From Azolla caroliniana (lineage: Eukaryota > Plantae > Polypodiophyta): a stretch of 64,000 bases of DNA. Under the pieces are notes generated by a model. It saw only the letters and a program-made list of their open reading frames with translations. It ran no database searches and was not told the origin of the DNA. Location: NCBI GenBank assembly GCA_043228905.1, contig JBHGNT010000014.1:1178001-1242000 (forward strand), in the 5' to 3' direction. Positions 48,862 to 63,189 of this stretch are shown here, piece by piece. How positions within the stretch are numbered: position 1 is the first letter of the stretch; each line of letters starts with the position of its first letter. Made by a program: the position numbers and the translations under genes.

Positions 48862-51779
48862 ATAATTTGAATGACTATGATACCAAATATTACAAAGTAT
48901 ACTAATGATGAGCAAAAGAATAAGAGATTAATGATGTTTAACCACATCAACCACCCCCAAGCAAAGGACATGAGATGAACATAAAATACCATTGGTGTCC
49001 CATAACATTGAATATTAGCTTATGTTATAACTTGGATGTTGAATAACTAATCCGAATAAGAGAGCTTAGCTTCACCAATAGAGTCTTGTTAACATCTCCA
49101 AATGTTGTAATAAAGGGGGTAGTCAGTTCCTTTTATATAGCTCAAAATCTAAGACTCCCAAACCACCACATGTTCCTATGTGTCATAGGTCCACATGGGT
49201 TTGTCGCAAATCCTAGGATAACCAGTCTCCTAACTAGCGTAACTTTAACCCATTAAAATTAGATATACAAGTGGTTCGTATGGTTGTGCATATAACAATC
49301 ATCAACTCACAATCCAATTTTCCCTTTATCTTTTGGGATGGGTGTGTGCGTGGCTTAGAACATCAAACATGAGAATATTGTAGTAATGGTATTGAGACCA
49401 TGTCATGGGGGCATGGGGTAATTATCTTTTTTTCTCAAGGTGATATTACCATGGATTTATAGTTATATAAACATCGTCACAAAAACACTCTTTAAGAGTT
49501 AAAATTGATTTCCAGAGTTTGATAATAAGTCTTTCCTTCCACCATTCCTCAAACCTAGTGATTTGCTAAAGAGAATTACCATGCCCTTGAACCCAAGGTG
49601 GTGGAAGAAGTAGCTTCTTGTTGTTTTGAGTCAATCGTGCATTCATTCATACACATGTCACCTCTCTTTAATTTTTAATCATAAAATATAATTGATACCT
49701 CTAATGACCATAATGGTGTTGTGATGAGGATCCAAATTAGTGCATATTATTGCCGTTGTTGTAGAATACTTATCATACAATATGCGTAGAATACGTGGTA
49801 ATTATTAAAATGGCTATGTTCAAGTTTCTAGAACCTTCCTTAAAATTACACATATGGCCTTCAATATATAGGCCTATGTTATTCATAATTATGAAAATGC
49901 TCTTCCTTATTTTTTAGACCAATGTTTTTTTGAATTTACAAACATGGCCCAAATGTTCGAGAGGCTACAACTCAGTCTTTGAATATCCGATTTGTACATG
50001 GTTCGCTTTATGACCCCTTAGCACAAAAGCCAATACCAAAATTCCACCAATTTCACTTCATGAAGTGTGAGTTTCATGACACTACAGAATTGTAATTCAA
50101 TTCATACCCTCGTTACTTTCAAAATTAACCCACATGTTCTCATTATAAGATTAGGGGAACTATGGAAAACCTATCTCATGATTAGTTACGGTTATGCACG
50201 TAACATGCGCCCATACAAGGATATGATCAAGTGCATGCAAAAAGAAGCACTACTATTTTTATCCGACAAGGAGCTCCAAAATGTTATAAAATGAGCAAGT
50301 GATCTCATTGTGAAGTTGGACGGTATTGGGAATTCAAGCACCTAGCTTTGTGTGGGATGATTAGGACAACAAAGGCAATGTGATTGTCAATTGTAGAGTT
50401 GTCACACAAAACCTAAGGACACCCCCCAATATTTTCTCTTAATCCCCTTCACCTAAATAAAATGGTTATCTTATGTAACTTTGAATGAAATTTTCGATTT
50501 ATTCCTAATGATCTAATGTAAACTATGGAAAATATAATTGCTTTGTTTAATTTAAATCATAATTTATTTCCAAGAATATCATAAACCATAATTGTAGATT
50601 GATTTGGTTGAAACTAACGTAATGGGAGGTAGGTTTTGAATATGTACATTGAGGTAATTGACATGCCATCATCTACTGGTTTCCATGAGGAATGCAACAA
50701 AATTTCCAAATCTCAAATCTGAGTTCCACGGGATAAGTTACAAAGAAGAGAATTTGAGGAACGAGAGAAGTCAAACCCGCAACTTCGGTTTATGAGGAAT
50801 CCAATACCAACCAATTGGGCAATGTTTGTATCAAGCATGAGAGCCACCATCTTTGATCCCACCACTGTATTACCCTAAATCATGTCAAAGAAGCCATCAT
50901 GTAAGGATGTGAAAGTTAAAACCTCTTTCTTCCCCATTTGGAAGAGGATTTTGACCACATGCTTACAAGTTCGTAAACAATTGACCAAATAAAAACGTAG
51001 AGTATTATGTGTATAAAAAATGTTAAGACATCGATGACAATGTATACATACATACATACATGGGAACCTACTGATATTTTGTATTTTGAAAATTACAAGA
51101 TTTTGTATAGATAATGTTTGATATTGGAAGTAAATGGGTATGTAAGTAGTACAACGGTTTTGATCCTTGTGTGAGATAATCGTGCTAAACACATTCACGA
51201 ATTCGTGAATGTGACCTAGTTATATGATGCTTCTTTACAGGACATTGATTACAATTTCAGCAGTTAGATTACCTTCCAAAGACCATGAGCTATGTGAATG
51301 AAATCATTCTATATTCCCCTGCATGAATGAAATTGATTATCGTGGAGGTCTCCAATGCGAACAGATTGTGTGTCCTTGTTGATAACAGAGTTGGTCACTC
51401 ACTTTTGAGTTGTAATTATGGTCGACTTAAGAGGAGTACAAAGTCATCAAAGTCGGGCTTATGCGCATGGCTTAGATGAGGTTCGGGAGCATTTGAAGCA
51501 GTAGCCAGGTGAGAGGAGCGCAAAATGAAACTCGCGCCCCTAGGGATGTGCGAAGTCGGGGCGATTGTGGGCAGATTGGGGAAATCACATGTATATAGTC
51601 ACGTGATACAGACATTGGGGTGGTTAGGACATGTAGGTTGTAGTGGAGACGAGACAGGGTGTTAGGGTTTGTTACATTCGTACATGTGTTCTCGGATCGT
51701 GAGATCTGGGCGAACGCATAGATCGGTCCGGTGGGTTAGGTGGGTAGTTCCGGCACGAGGATAGTGTGATTCTGGCGAC

Positions 51780-51995
51780 ACATGCACACACACACAAGCA
51801 CACACACACCCACCCACCCACCCACTCAATAAAGAATCTTCAAGAGATTCCTTCACACACAACACCCACCCACCCCAAAGAATCTTCAAGAGATTCCTTC
51901 ACACAACACACACACACACAGAGCCCAAAGAATCTTCAAGAGATTCCCTCACACACAACCCACACACACAGAAAGAATCTTGAAGAGATTCCTTT
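51780..51995. repeat. Four ~47-bp tandem units in the lipase promoter region
   Basis: AAAGAATCTT(C/G)AAGAGATTCC separated by CA-rich spacers; telo-boxes follow at ~52052 and ~52106. Confidence 0.9.
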
Positions 51996-52711
51996 CCCCT
52001 GCTCTCCCCTGCTCCTCCCCACAACAACCACCCCTTGCTCTTCTCAAATCCTAGGGTTTTGTGGTGTGCTTCCCTGTTACGCCCAACGTTCTGCACAGAA
52101 ACAGGAAACCCTAACCTGTTGCCCTAGGTCAGGCCACGTCATCGCCGCCATCATCGCCGCCATCTTCGCGGTCGTCAGATTTTGGAAGAAATCAGAACAA
52201 GAGAAGAAGAAGACCCTCCGTGAAGCAGAAGAGAAGAAACGTGAATCCGATTCGTCTCTCTGCATATAGCGCAGGAGAAGAAACAAAAAGAAGCATCCGG
52301 CCCCTTGCTCCTAGCGGACTCAAGTTTCTCTCTTTCTTTAGAACTCGCAGTTAAGCATTTGCATTCGGATTGCTACACAGAAGATAGAAAAGGTGGGGAG
52401 GATTAAGAAAGGAACTTATCCTGTTTTAGCTCTGTAATCGAATTAGGGTTTTCTGCGATCGAGTAATCTGATCGATATTTATACGGGAGTTATCAAGCTA
52501 GGGTTATTGCACAGAAAGGCAATAATCTGATTGACATTTATATCTGATTTATCAAGTTAAATTGTTACACAGAAAGGCAAGGGGGAGTAAGGAGGGAGTT
52601 ACCAAGGATCCTAAGAAGAAGAATAAAGAGGGAGTCAGAAGAAGGATAAAGAGTAAGGAGGGAAAGGAGAAGGATTAAGAAAAAGGTGCATGCTATTGGG
52701 CGCTCATCCTC

Positions 52712-55700
52712 ATGGCCACCGCAACCATGGCCACGGCCATTGGAGCTGCTGCGGTCTTCTATTATTCACTCAAGCGCCGCATGTCAGAGAATGGATCCGG
52801 GGAACAATCTCAAGAGGGCGTGGGTGTGAATGATCCCAACTCAGCCTCTACAACCGCACGTGTTCGATTAGGTCTTGCTCGTCATGCCCCTTCCACGTGG
52901 TTTGAAGCTATTGCCACTCTCTCAGAAACATTAAGGTTCACCTACTCTGAGACTCTAGGCAAATGGCCAATTGTGGATTTGGCCTTTGGCATCAACTTTT
53001 TAATGAAGCGCCAGGTGTGTTTCTCTCTGAGTTGTCAATTATTCGTTTATGGGTCTTCGATTATGGGAGAAGAACATGTTCATGGGGAAATTTGTTCATG
53101 AATTTCAACTTTATAGATTTACCGTGGTTCTGGTCATGCATCTATCAATTTGAAGTATTTATGCAGAATCTATTCATGAATCTTAATGGGGAATGTGTAT
53201 ATGAATCACAAATTTATGTCTTTATGCAGGATTTATCCTTTCATCTCAATTTGACACCTTCTCATTGTGGAATTTGTTCACGAACTCATTTTAGATGCAT
53301 TTTCTAATTGAATTTGGGTATGCACCCCCATTGTTTGTGAAACACATATTTAAAATCTGATTTGATTATTATCATCAGGGGATGTTAATTTTTGTTCATT
53401 TTTATGGCATGTTCTCAGAAATGACTTTATTTATCTATATTCTCTTTTGGAGCTCTTGAAATCGGAAAATATGACATTTCATAGTTAGTTTGGGACAACC
53501 AAGAACCAATGTTCCACAATATGGAGGAGCCAAGGCCAAAAGGCCCCAGGATTGGCACGTGATTGGTGGGTGCACTTAGCATTGGGTTCCGATTTGTGAG
53601 GTGGTAAATTTGTGCCTTATGAAGTCCGTTTAGGTTAGATTCTACATGAAATAACTTAAAGCGTTGTGACTGGATAAGGAGGCGTGCTAAGAATTTGTTT
53701 TCAGAGATGTCGCTTTGGCAGTATGGGCTGAAACTTACCTTATTCAAACAAACCTGTTTAAATGTTGAACCTGAAATTCAGCTTTAGGGCTAAAGGAAGC
53801 TCATTTGGAGTGCTGAAATCTGCACATCTCATAGGTGTTTTGGTGGTCTCTTTTCTGCTATGTTCAAAGGAGAGTGCCTTAGCAGTTATACATGCAGGTT
53901 TTAGTTGCTCAAATAGTCCTTTATTGCTGGCTATATTATTTTAAGGGTTTGGGTTCTATCATACTGTATCCTCTACTAATTATCAATAGCAAAACTCTGA
54001 ATGGGGTGCCGATCTTTGGGGCCAACACTTATAGAGCTGCGTATTTGTATATAAGATTTCTCTGGGGCTCAAACTTTAGGTAAATGATCGATTCATTGGT
54101 GTTTTACTGCCCTTGGGAATTTCCACTCAATTTTGCTGTTCTGGAGCAATCTAGCTTCCTATGAATGAAATTGAGTCTTTGTGAGTCCAAACTCTTACTT
54201 TGTGTTTCTTCATTTATAAGATTTCTCCCATGATCAAAATTTAGCAAAACTGGTGTTTTACTTCCATTTGGAAGTACCGCATGCTGATTTTAGTTATGCT
54301 CCTTGATTTGAAAACGTGGTTGTTTTATGGAATTTGGTGATGAATCTTGATTTCAGAAGACACACGTCGTTATGGGAGTTTGATTATGAATCTCAATTTG
54401 ACATCTTTATGAGGACTTCATTTAGGAATTGGCTTATGAATGTAAATTCAGAAAAACTCATATTTATTATTCTTATTTGGAATTAAATTCAGAAAAACCC
54501 GTTTTTAAGGGGCATTTGTTTATGAATCTCTATTTGAAAAAGCCATTTTTATGGGTAATTAGTTTGAAGATTAAAAACGATAACATTTGATATCTTTGTA
54601 GGGGCAATTACAAGCCGCAAGCATTTATGCAGGCGAAGGAACTCAAGAACTAAAAGGTGTAGAGATTCTTGCAGAATTGAAGGAGTTGATTCACTTGATC
54701 ACTGCATGCATACATTTTTCAAAGAAGCCTTTCCCACAGTTTCTTGAGGCCACAGGATATTCGTTGGAGTGTGTTCTTTTGCAAGAGGCTAAAGCAGGGG
54801 TATGCATCCTTTCTTGTCCCCTCTAGTTACAGATGGCAGCTGTGTTTGAGAGTGAAAGTTCAAAGAGAAGGAACATTATATATTATGATTATAAATATGG
54901 GTATTGTGAGTATATTGATGTTGAAATAAAATCTCTTAAGTTTCCCAAAGAACCATGATAATGATCTTAACTCTTGAAATTGCTTTGCAATTGGTAATGA
55001 TTTTTGAGATGGTTTTACAAAGGTGCATTAAATGCTATGTATGGGGTAAGTGATGGGTGAGGGTACATGGTGTTCAATGTTGGTTATTACGGTGAACGAG
55101 GCAATGATGAGGTACAGCAAGCAATGATATCCATGATTAGCTGCTGGTATGCGCCACAGCCTTGTATCCGTTACTCATGATCTTTGTTGTTGTCACCATT
55201 CTTTTCTCACACGATGGTACCTCCTCTGTTATTAGTGGAGTTGTGGACCTATTGATGAAGTCAGTGATGGAGTGCAAATTGCATTGTGGTCCATGTGCTA
55301 ATGTAAGGGTTGGTATACTTGTAGGCAGGGCACTTGTAGGTGAAGTGTTCTTGGTTCTTCGCGTCTCGTTGACGTAACTTGCAAAGTGTGTCGGCACTAG
55401 GTATAAAAAGTACTATCTTGCTGCAATCTTTAGCTTGTTGGAGAAAACTCTACGCTGGTCTATTTCTTTGAGAGCTCTAAGGAGATATAGTTTTCCATGT
55501 ATGTTAATTTCCAAATTTATGTGATTCCATCCTTTGAGAAGCTAATGAAATGACCTTTGTAGTGAGCCATCCATGTGGAAAGTGGCTCTATTGGTGGGAT
55601 CCAAGTCTTTTAGGTATAATGTTGCATTCATTTCTTTATGGCAAGCCACCTTTGTGGGAAGCAACTCTATATGTGTGATCAAAGTCCCGTGAGCATTTCA

Positions 55701-58700
55701 ATAGCTATAGATTTTGCAGCAATACCATGTTCTTTTCGTTATCTTGGATTCCTATGTCTGTCTATAATTTATACTGTGAGATGTCCATAAGATGATCTCT
55801 TTGTAGTAGGCTAGCTTTATGAGATGAGGTTCCCTCGGTGTGATCCAAGTGTTTTGGCATGGAGTTGCCACATCTTACCGCAATAACTTGCTCTGTTCAT
55901 CATTTTTAAGAGGTGTATGATATTGGAAGGGTGGCTAGTGCTCGATGATGATGCCATTATTGTTTCATCACATGTGAATACCAAGCAATGCAATGTAAGG
56001 ATGTGGTCAATGATAGAGAAGGCTAAGAGGAGGGAGAGGGGAGGAGGGAGAGACATTATGTTCATGTGCAAATGCAGAGACTTCATTACTAGAAATTAAA
56101 ATAATGCTTTTTTCCCAGCTTTTGAAGCCAGCATTTACTATCTTGGTGGATGAGAAGGTGCAAGGCATACTCTTGTTGATTAGAGGAACACATAGTGTGA
56201 AGGACACACTAACGGCTGTAACGGGAGCAATTGTTCCATTTCACCATACTCTTCTTGATGAAGATGGTATCAGCAATATTGTTCTTGGTTATGCGCATTG
56301 TGGGATGGTTGCAGCTGCCCGATGGATTGCCCAACTTGCAATTCCTGTGCTATTGCAAGCCCAAAAGGACCATCCAACATATAATCTTAAGGTACACAAA
56401 CACATATTTATGGGTTTTACCTATGTTTTAAAAGTACTAATGTATTAATCCTGCACATTTGACACTGACATTGAGAGTAGAGGTGTATCATGAAATTTCT
56501 GTGATAAAAATATCCTTGCTAAAAAAATGGTAGTATGATCTTTCTTGATATGCAGCATTATTTGGTTGTGACCCTCAGTGTTATATCACTTGATGATATA
56601 TTGCTTATTAGTGGTTAATATCTAACTCTCAGTTATTTTCAGATGATTTGTTGAGTTCTATGATTTTATCTGCTGTGGTGAGATTATTCAATTTTATGAT
56701 TGATAATATGATGATCAAGGGTAGGAATTGTAGAAAAATCACTACCCACCTAACTTTGATCTGTATTTTCATTTGGTTTGTTAAGTTCTATGATTCTGTG
56801 GTGAGATTGTTCAATTTTATGATTGATAGTATAGTGATAAAGGGTGTATAGTCAAAAAATCACTGCCCAGCCATCCATACCTGGATAGCAATTTATATCT
56901 TCATAGAGTTTGTAAACAATCTTAGCTCAGCCATCCGTAACCCTTATTTTATGAGTTATTATTTTGGATCAGATTATAGTTACTGGGAACTTGTGTATCT
57001 AGTAAAAAAATCACTGCCCAGCCATCCATACCTGGATAGCAATTTATATCTTCATAGAGTTTGTAAACAATCTTAGCTCAGCCATCCATACCTGGATAGC
57101 AATTCATATCTTCATAGAGTTTGTAAACAATCTTAGCTCAGCCATCTGTAAGCCTTACTTTATTAGTTATTATGTTGGATCAGATTATAGTTACTGGGAA
57201 CTTGTGTGTCCATGTCTGGAAATGAAGTGAGCATTACTTTTTATGCAAGTTATAGTTCACATAAAAATTAACAAAAAAGAACTCCAGGTATTTTGCGTGC
57301 TCAGTTCATCCCTTCCTCCGTTTGGTTTGTGTATCCTTCTTGGCCCTTTACCATTAACCCAGGTTGGTGGATTCTGTTAACAATATAGAATCTGGATACA
57401 CATGAGTGTGTAGTATGTATGCATCTGTGTACGCAAAGTTTATACAAAATTGAATGCATCCAGATTTGTCCAATGTTGATTACCAACTGTATCCTTTTTA
57501 TAAACATGTTGCTCGAGGTCAACATTATTCATACCATTATTAATATATTGATATGTGTAAACTGATGTGTCTAGATCGTTGGTCATTCCTTGGGAGGTGG
57601 AACTGCAGCATTGCTCACATATATCCTCCGTGAGAGGAGAGAATTCTCTTCAGCTACTTGCATTTGCTTTGCTCCAGGTATTGATGCTTAGTTATATGAA
57701 TCTGCCATGTTTGCATAATCAGCTTAATGAAACGATTTGTTTTCTGAAATCTGTGGTCCAGCTGCATGCATGACGTGGGAACTGGCAGAATCTGGCAGAC
57801 CTTTCACTACTTCAGTGGTTAATGGCTCAGATATTGTGCCCACTTTCTCGGCAGCATCGATGGATGACCTTCGTGCTGAAGTGAGTATTCTCTCACTTTT
57901 GTTGTTTGGGCTGTGCAAGGGAGACCTCACCGCATTCCCTAATTTTGCACTAATTATCTTATGCATCTTGGATGCCTAACTTTGTAATCTTTTTAACAGG
58001 TTACTGCATCTGCTTGGATAAATGATCTTCGTGAACAAATAGAAAGAGTAAAATTTCTGAAAGCTGTCATGCACTCTACATCAGCTCTAGGTAGTCGCAT
58101 CTCATCTATTTCAAGGCCTCTTTATCCATACCTAGAAGATGCTGCAAAAGCTGGAGCTGCAACGTGGAGGCCTGTTTCAAGTGGAACACAGGTACCCTAA
58201 GCCGCAATTGAGCCTTGATGGAGTGTTAGAAAGGAATTTAAAGCAACTTTTACTAGAGATTGAGGCAACCTTGATGTATGTGATCAATAATTAGTGATTA
58301 TGCTAATGAATGAATGTTTCTTTTGGTACTGCAGGTTGTAATGAGACATGCTCAAAATGCTGTTAAGTCTGTCGTAAAGACCCCCCAATCTTTTGTGCTC
58401 GCTGGATGGTCATGTATGGGAACACGTCGTCGTTTAGTTGCATCACATTCATCGTTAGATTCTGGATTTGAAAAATTAGAGGATAGTGTAATTGAGAAAA
58501 CGGAAGTTCTAACATCATCCGATTGGTCTAATACTGAAATAAGACATGGCTTTACTGGTTCAAATGTTGGTACTTATCATGTGGATCAAATGTCTGAGTG
58601 GTCAAGTCCTGAAATAAGACATGGATTTACTGATTCAAGTGTGAGTAATTATCATGTGAATCAAGGCTCTTATTCTGAAGCACGGGTACATGATCCACAT

Positions 58701-59228
58701 GAGCAACAACAATCTGATGATGATGATGACGAAGGGTTGCCAATGAGTAGAAGCAACCATTTGCCAGAGTTGACTGAGGAGTATTTGCTCCAACACTTAG
58801 AACATGAACTAGACCGACAGCGAGAAACGTCCATCACTGAAAGGGAAGAGGAAGAGGAAGTAGCGAAGAAATTAACACAAGAGGAGGAGGAGGAAGTTGC
58901 AGCCAAGACAGCTAAGGTAGGTAGTGACTGTATTGTTACAGATAGTAGAACCCAAGGTAGGGAGCTCAACAGGTTCTTTCCTCCTGGGCGGATCATCCAT
59001 CTGCTGAGTATCGAAACAGATATAAACATAATAGAAGGTACCGATGCATCAGTCTGTGAAGGGAGATCCTCACGTGCTGGCTTGTTCATAACCGATCGAG
59101 CTCTTTATGGCAATGTGCATCTTTCCCGCACAATGATCAATGATCATTACATGCCGAATTATAGGAGAATGATGGAAAGTGTGGTGAAAGACATAGAACA
59201 AAATGTTTCCTTAGGAGTTCATAACTGA
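52712..59228 (+). CDS. Class 3 lipase with mono-/diacylglycerol-lipase N-terminal domain, ~693 aa; exons 52712-53014, 54602-54799, 56119-56391, 57575-57677, 57762-57880, 58000-58191, 58335-59228
   Basis: ETLRFTYSETLGKWP.DLAFGI, IRGTHS, YAHCGMVAAA, catalytic IVGHSLGGG, NGSDIVP, FFPPGRIIH, MINDHYMP; all six introns are GT-AG and keep frame. Confidence 0.93.
56640..57210. repeat. Intronic tandem duplications in lipase intron 3
   Basis: CAGCCATCCATACCTGGATAGCAATT(T/C)ATATCTTCATAGAGTTTGTAAACAATCTTAGCT x3, plus a ~130-bp doublet at 56645-56850. Confidence 0.88.
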
Positions 59229-59284
59229 TGCAACTCTATATTGCAATGTGCATATTTCATGCACTATTCACAACAATCAATTAT

Positions 59285-59957
59285 AGGAAGATGGTGGGAA
59301 GTGTAGTGAAAGATGAACAAAACTCTATATAAAGAGTTCCTCTTCTCACAGCCCATCTCAGCATTCCATTTCATACAAATATACACCCACATTTTTTAAT
59401 ATGAAATGTGTACATAGTGTTGACCAACAATGAGCGCATTGGCACACCCTTTTTTATACAGAAGTTTATAAAGCTTATCCTCAACGTTGATTCTTATTTA
59501 ATGTAATATATTATATATATAGATTGGATTAAAAAAGGATTCTGATGGTGTACAGATGGAGCACTTAAAACATGATACGGGCTTTGAATCCAATTACCAG
59601 TTCCTGCCGTGAAGTATTGCAGGAAAATGGTGGGAAGTGTAGTGAAAGATGAACAAAACTCTATATAAAGAGTTCCTCTTCTCACAGCCCATCTCAGCAT
59701 TCCATTTCATACAAATATACACCCACATTTTTTAATATGAAATGTGTACATAGTGTTGACCAACAATGAGCGCATTGGCACACCCTTTTTTATACAGAAG
59801 TTTATAAAGTTTATCCTCAACGTTGATTCTTATTTAATGTAATATATTATATATATAGATTGGATTAAAAAGGATTCTGATGGTGTACAGATGGAGCACT
59901 TAAAACATGATATGGGCTTTGAATCCAATTACCAGTTCCTGCCATGAAGTATTGCAG
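59285..59957. repeat. 336-bp near-perfect tandem duplication in the lipase 3' region
   Basis: 59285-59620 versus 59621-59957 differ at only a few positions. Confidence 0.95.
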
Positions 59958-60926
59958 AAATGCTGTCAAATGATATCTAAAAAATACATCTTTAGTGTAT
60001 GGAGGTTGTGAACATTATGGGAATCTATACCTATTTGCTTCCACATGATACTGAAAAATGAGAATCCTCTGTGCATTGTCATTTTTCTAGTTTTACTCAT
60101 CTATAGTGATGTTGAGGTTTATTTAGCTTACTCTCTAATGATTCTGTTGACGTTAAAATTTTGAAGCCCAATAGGTTCTATTACAGATTTAGTATACTAG
60201 GTTCTGTAAATAGCAGTGCATCAAAATTCTAAGGAATCTTATCATGTAGGCTTTTGTGTCATTTGCATACCTCTATTTGTCTAGGTGAAAGAAAGAAAAC
60301 TCCATGGTAAAGTGGGTACATATTGATTGAGAACAATCAATTACAATTTCAGATACAGATGGAAAAACATGTTCATATTAGCCTTCCTCATCACCTGCTA
60401 ATATCTCCTGTCTTTAGTCGTTTTACTTCAATAACCTTCCTTCAATTCTCAAGTGCCATCTGATGTCAAAATATACCAGGAAGCGGAGAGACTCATACTA
60501 AGTAAAAGCAGAGTACAAGCAAATGTGGATGAAGCAGAAATGGGAATATGCCAAATCCATATTTAAGGATCTAGGTTTTAAAATTCTTATTATGCAGTAA
60601 AAGATTTAACAGGTCTTTATAAACTTGAGCTTAGCAAAAGAACCGCTTTCTGGAATTGGCTATTACCACTAATTTTATGAAGGTGCAATACTAAATAGAA
60701 CTTATATAATGTGAAAGGAATTCTATCATTAGAAATCTGCAAAGGAAATTCAGCAAAACTTTTGAAGTTCCAAGACCAACATCATGCAAATCATGCTCAA
60801 AGCATCAACAAAGTTATATAAACAAATAAAACGTCATAAATCAAACGTCATAATAGCAATAATTACATCTTATGTTGGGGAGATTAGTATAGAAAGATCT
60901 AAGACGGCTCAAAATATACATATACA

Positions 60927-63053
60927 TTACTGGTGTAAAGAATTTCTCATTGCCAGAGCAGACTCAATTGATTGTGCAGCCTTGGCTAAGAGCCGTCTTG
61001 ATTCTAAGATAGAGTATAATGTGATCTTATCTTGGGCTGCCACTGCTTCAAGTGCAGTTGCTGCTGTATTTGCTTCTTCGATTAGGACCCTGATATGGTC
61101 ACAAGAATGTTAACAAAACCAAAACCTTGAAACATGCATTTTTACACAGTAAGGTGAAACAAAGCTTGCTTCATCTACTTGTTTGCAACTTTGCAACTGT
61201 CTCTGAGGATTAGACTAATGAAAGATGAGAGGTTAGAAATAAATGATTCAAGATAGAGAATATAATGGTGAGTCAAGTTCAGCAAAGAGGAGGGGAATAA
61301 TACATCAAATAAAGAGATTACATCTTAAAATGTTATCTCGTCTTTCAGAATAAGCCAAAATAAACATAAAAGGAGAGGTTCCCTAAGAATCGTTACATGG
61401 GGGAGACAGATAGATTTTATCATCGTCTTCAAAGAGAGAGAGACAGAGAGAAAGAAAGAAAGAAAGAAAGAAAGAAATATTAACGTCTTTTAAGAGGCCA
61501 GAGGCCAAAATGGCCAATAAGACCAAACAAGAGATTACGTGTTAAGTGTTGTCTTGTCTTTGAGAACAACAAATCAAAATAAATAAATGAGAGAGAGATA
61601 TAGATAGATGGATAGAGATAAGGAACTAATCAATAAATGATTGAAGCCACTACACTAGAAAATAGAGATTTCATTATTCACCGAGAAAAAATAATACCTT
61701 GCTTGCTCGGTAAAGTCTTCTTGCCTTGTAGAGTGGCGACTGGCTTGCATTTGTTTCAGTTTTGCAAGCTTGGTTACGATAGACGGATCTTTATAAGCTC
61801 GTGGAGACTTATTAATCACCACACTGTCCCGTAATTCTATGAGAGCCTTGTCCTTCACTCTATCAGAAACCTTCACACTCTTCCTAACAGGCCGGCCACC
61901 ATGGTTTGATAAATAGCCACAAAAACCGTTCTTAACCCTTATCCGATAATCCTAATATCAATCCCCAAAACAGGATGTCAAATGTATGTTAAAACAGTCA
62001 ATGAAAACATAGTAGAACAAAATCATTAGTTACACCCCCTCCCCTGGGCCCCCCTTCAAATCAAATAAAACTTGACACATGCCTTAGGAAAATCCTACAT
62101 AGTCCCTTACAGGATCTGCCCATTTTGCTCTGATTGCTTCAGATATCTTCAATCTATGATCAGATGATTTGCCACTTGATGGGTCTTTCTTCCTTCGTTG
62201 CCGCTGACACCTTCGTTCTGCTCTCAGTTGGGCTAGTATGAGTTTATAGCTATCCCATTCATATTCAAAATCATCATCACCACCTCTCCTTGCTGACTCT
62301 GCTATCACCTCAGTCCAATCCCTCATACAACTCTCTTGTCGCTGTCTCAGTCTCCTTTTTGACTCCCAAATGTTCATAATCGCAGTTTTTATCTTCAGTT
62401 TGGTCTCTGAACTACACAATGTAAAAACAATTTAAACTCAAATTTCAGTTTGTTATCAATTTTATACTCTATTTGAAATATTCTTAAATTGAAAATTTGC
62501 AAGAAACGTTCTTACAAATGTTAAGGTCTTTCAAAAACTAGTGGCCTTTCAAAGTTTACATGTAAAAGAAGATCAGAAGCAATGACATTTGAAGTTTGCA
62601 TCATTGAAAATTGGCAAAAAACGTTCTTACAAATGTTAAGGTCTTTGAAAAACTAGTGGCCTTTCAAAGTTTACATGGTCGTCACTGCCTATATTTCAAT
62701 AGCATAGTGATATTGTAAATCAGCACTCCTTAGATTCATGCGATAAAAATGTTTACCTCTAACTGCTCAATATGATAATTCTTTTGGAAGTAAACAAAGT
62801 TTAACAAATAACAAGGTAGTTTAGTCCAATTTGAATTTGTGATTGTTTGTATTTTAAAACATGAAGAAGTATTTACCTTTGAGTACATCCTTCAGCTTTA
62901 ATCCGTAATTTCTCACGTATCTATGGGAAAAGAACATTTTGTACCAAAATTAATGTATTGATGACAAAATTTTAAGCATAAAACAAGGATGTTCAGTCAC
63001 CTTTGGATCTTTCATAGCCTTTTTTGTTTGTTCCCTGATGCGTCCCTTCGTTT
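60927..63053 (-). CDS. 3' part of a NUMOD3-like (nuclease-associated modular DNA-binding) helical protein, At1g53800-like; exons 63053-63001, 62920-62877, 62411-62111, 61951-61698, 61089-60927; 5' end outside the window
   Basis: ETKGRIREQTKKAMKDP, QSSETKLKI, CMRDWTEVIAESARRGG..EYEWDSY, HRLKISEAIRAKWADPDYR, LIEEANTAATALE...LESRRLLA; GT-AG junctions keep frame. Confidence 0.85.
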
Positions 63054-63189
63054 CTGCAAAAAATATGAGGAAATTTGATGTAATGATAAAAAATCACTTT
63101 CCACATCATTTGTAGGATGTTCTAATAGTATGTATATAACCCCCATTTCTTTTGGTTTGCTTTTTTACTCCACAAAATGTAAGAAATGT

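Noticed and set aside
51830-51992. Repeat-spacer pattern resembling a CRISPR array
   Set aside because: Eukaryotic context, spacers are low-complexity CA runs, and there are no cas genes
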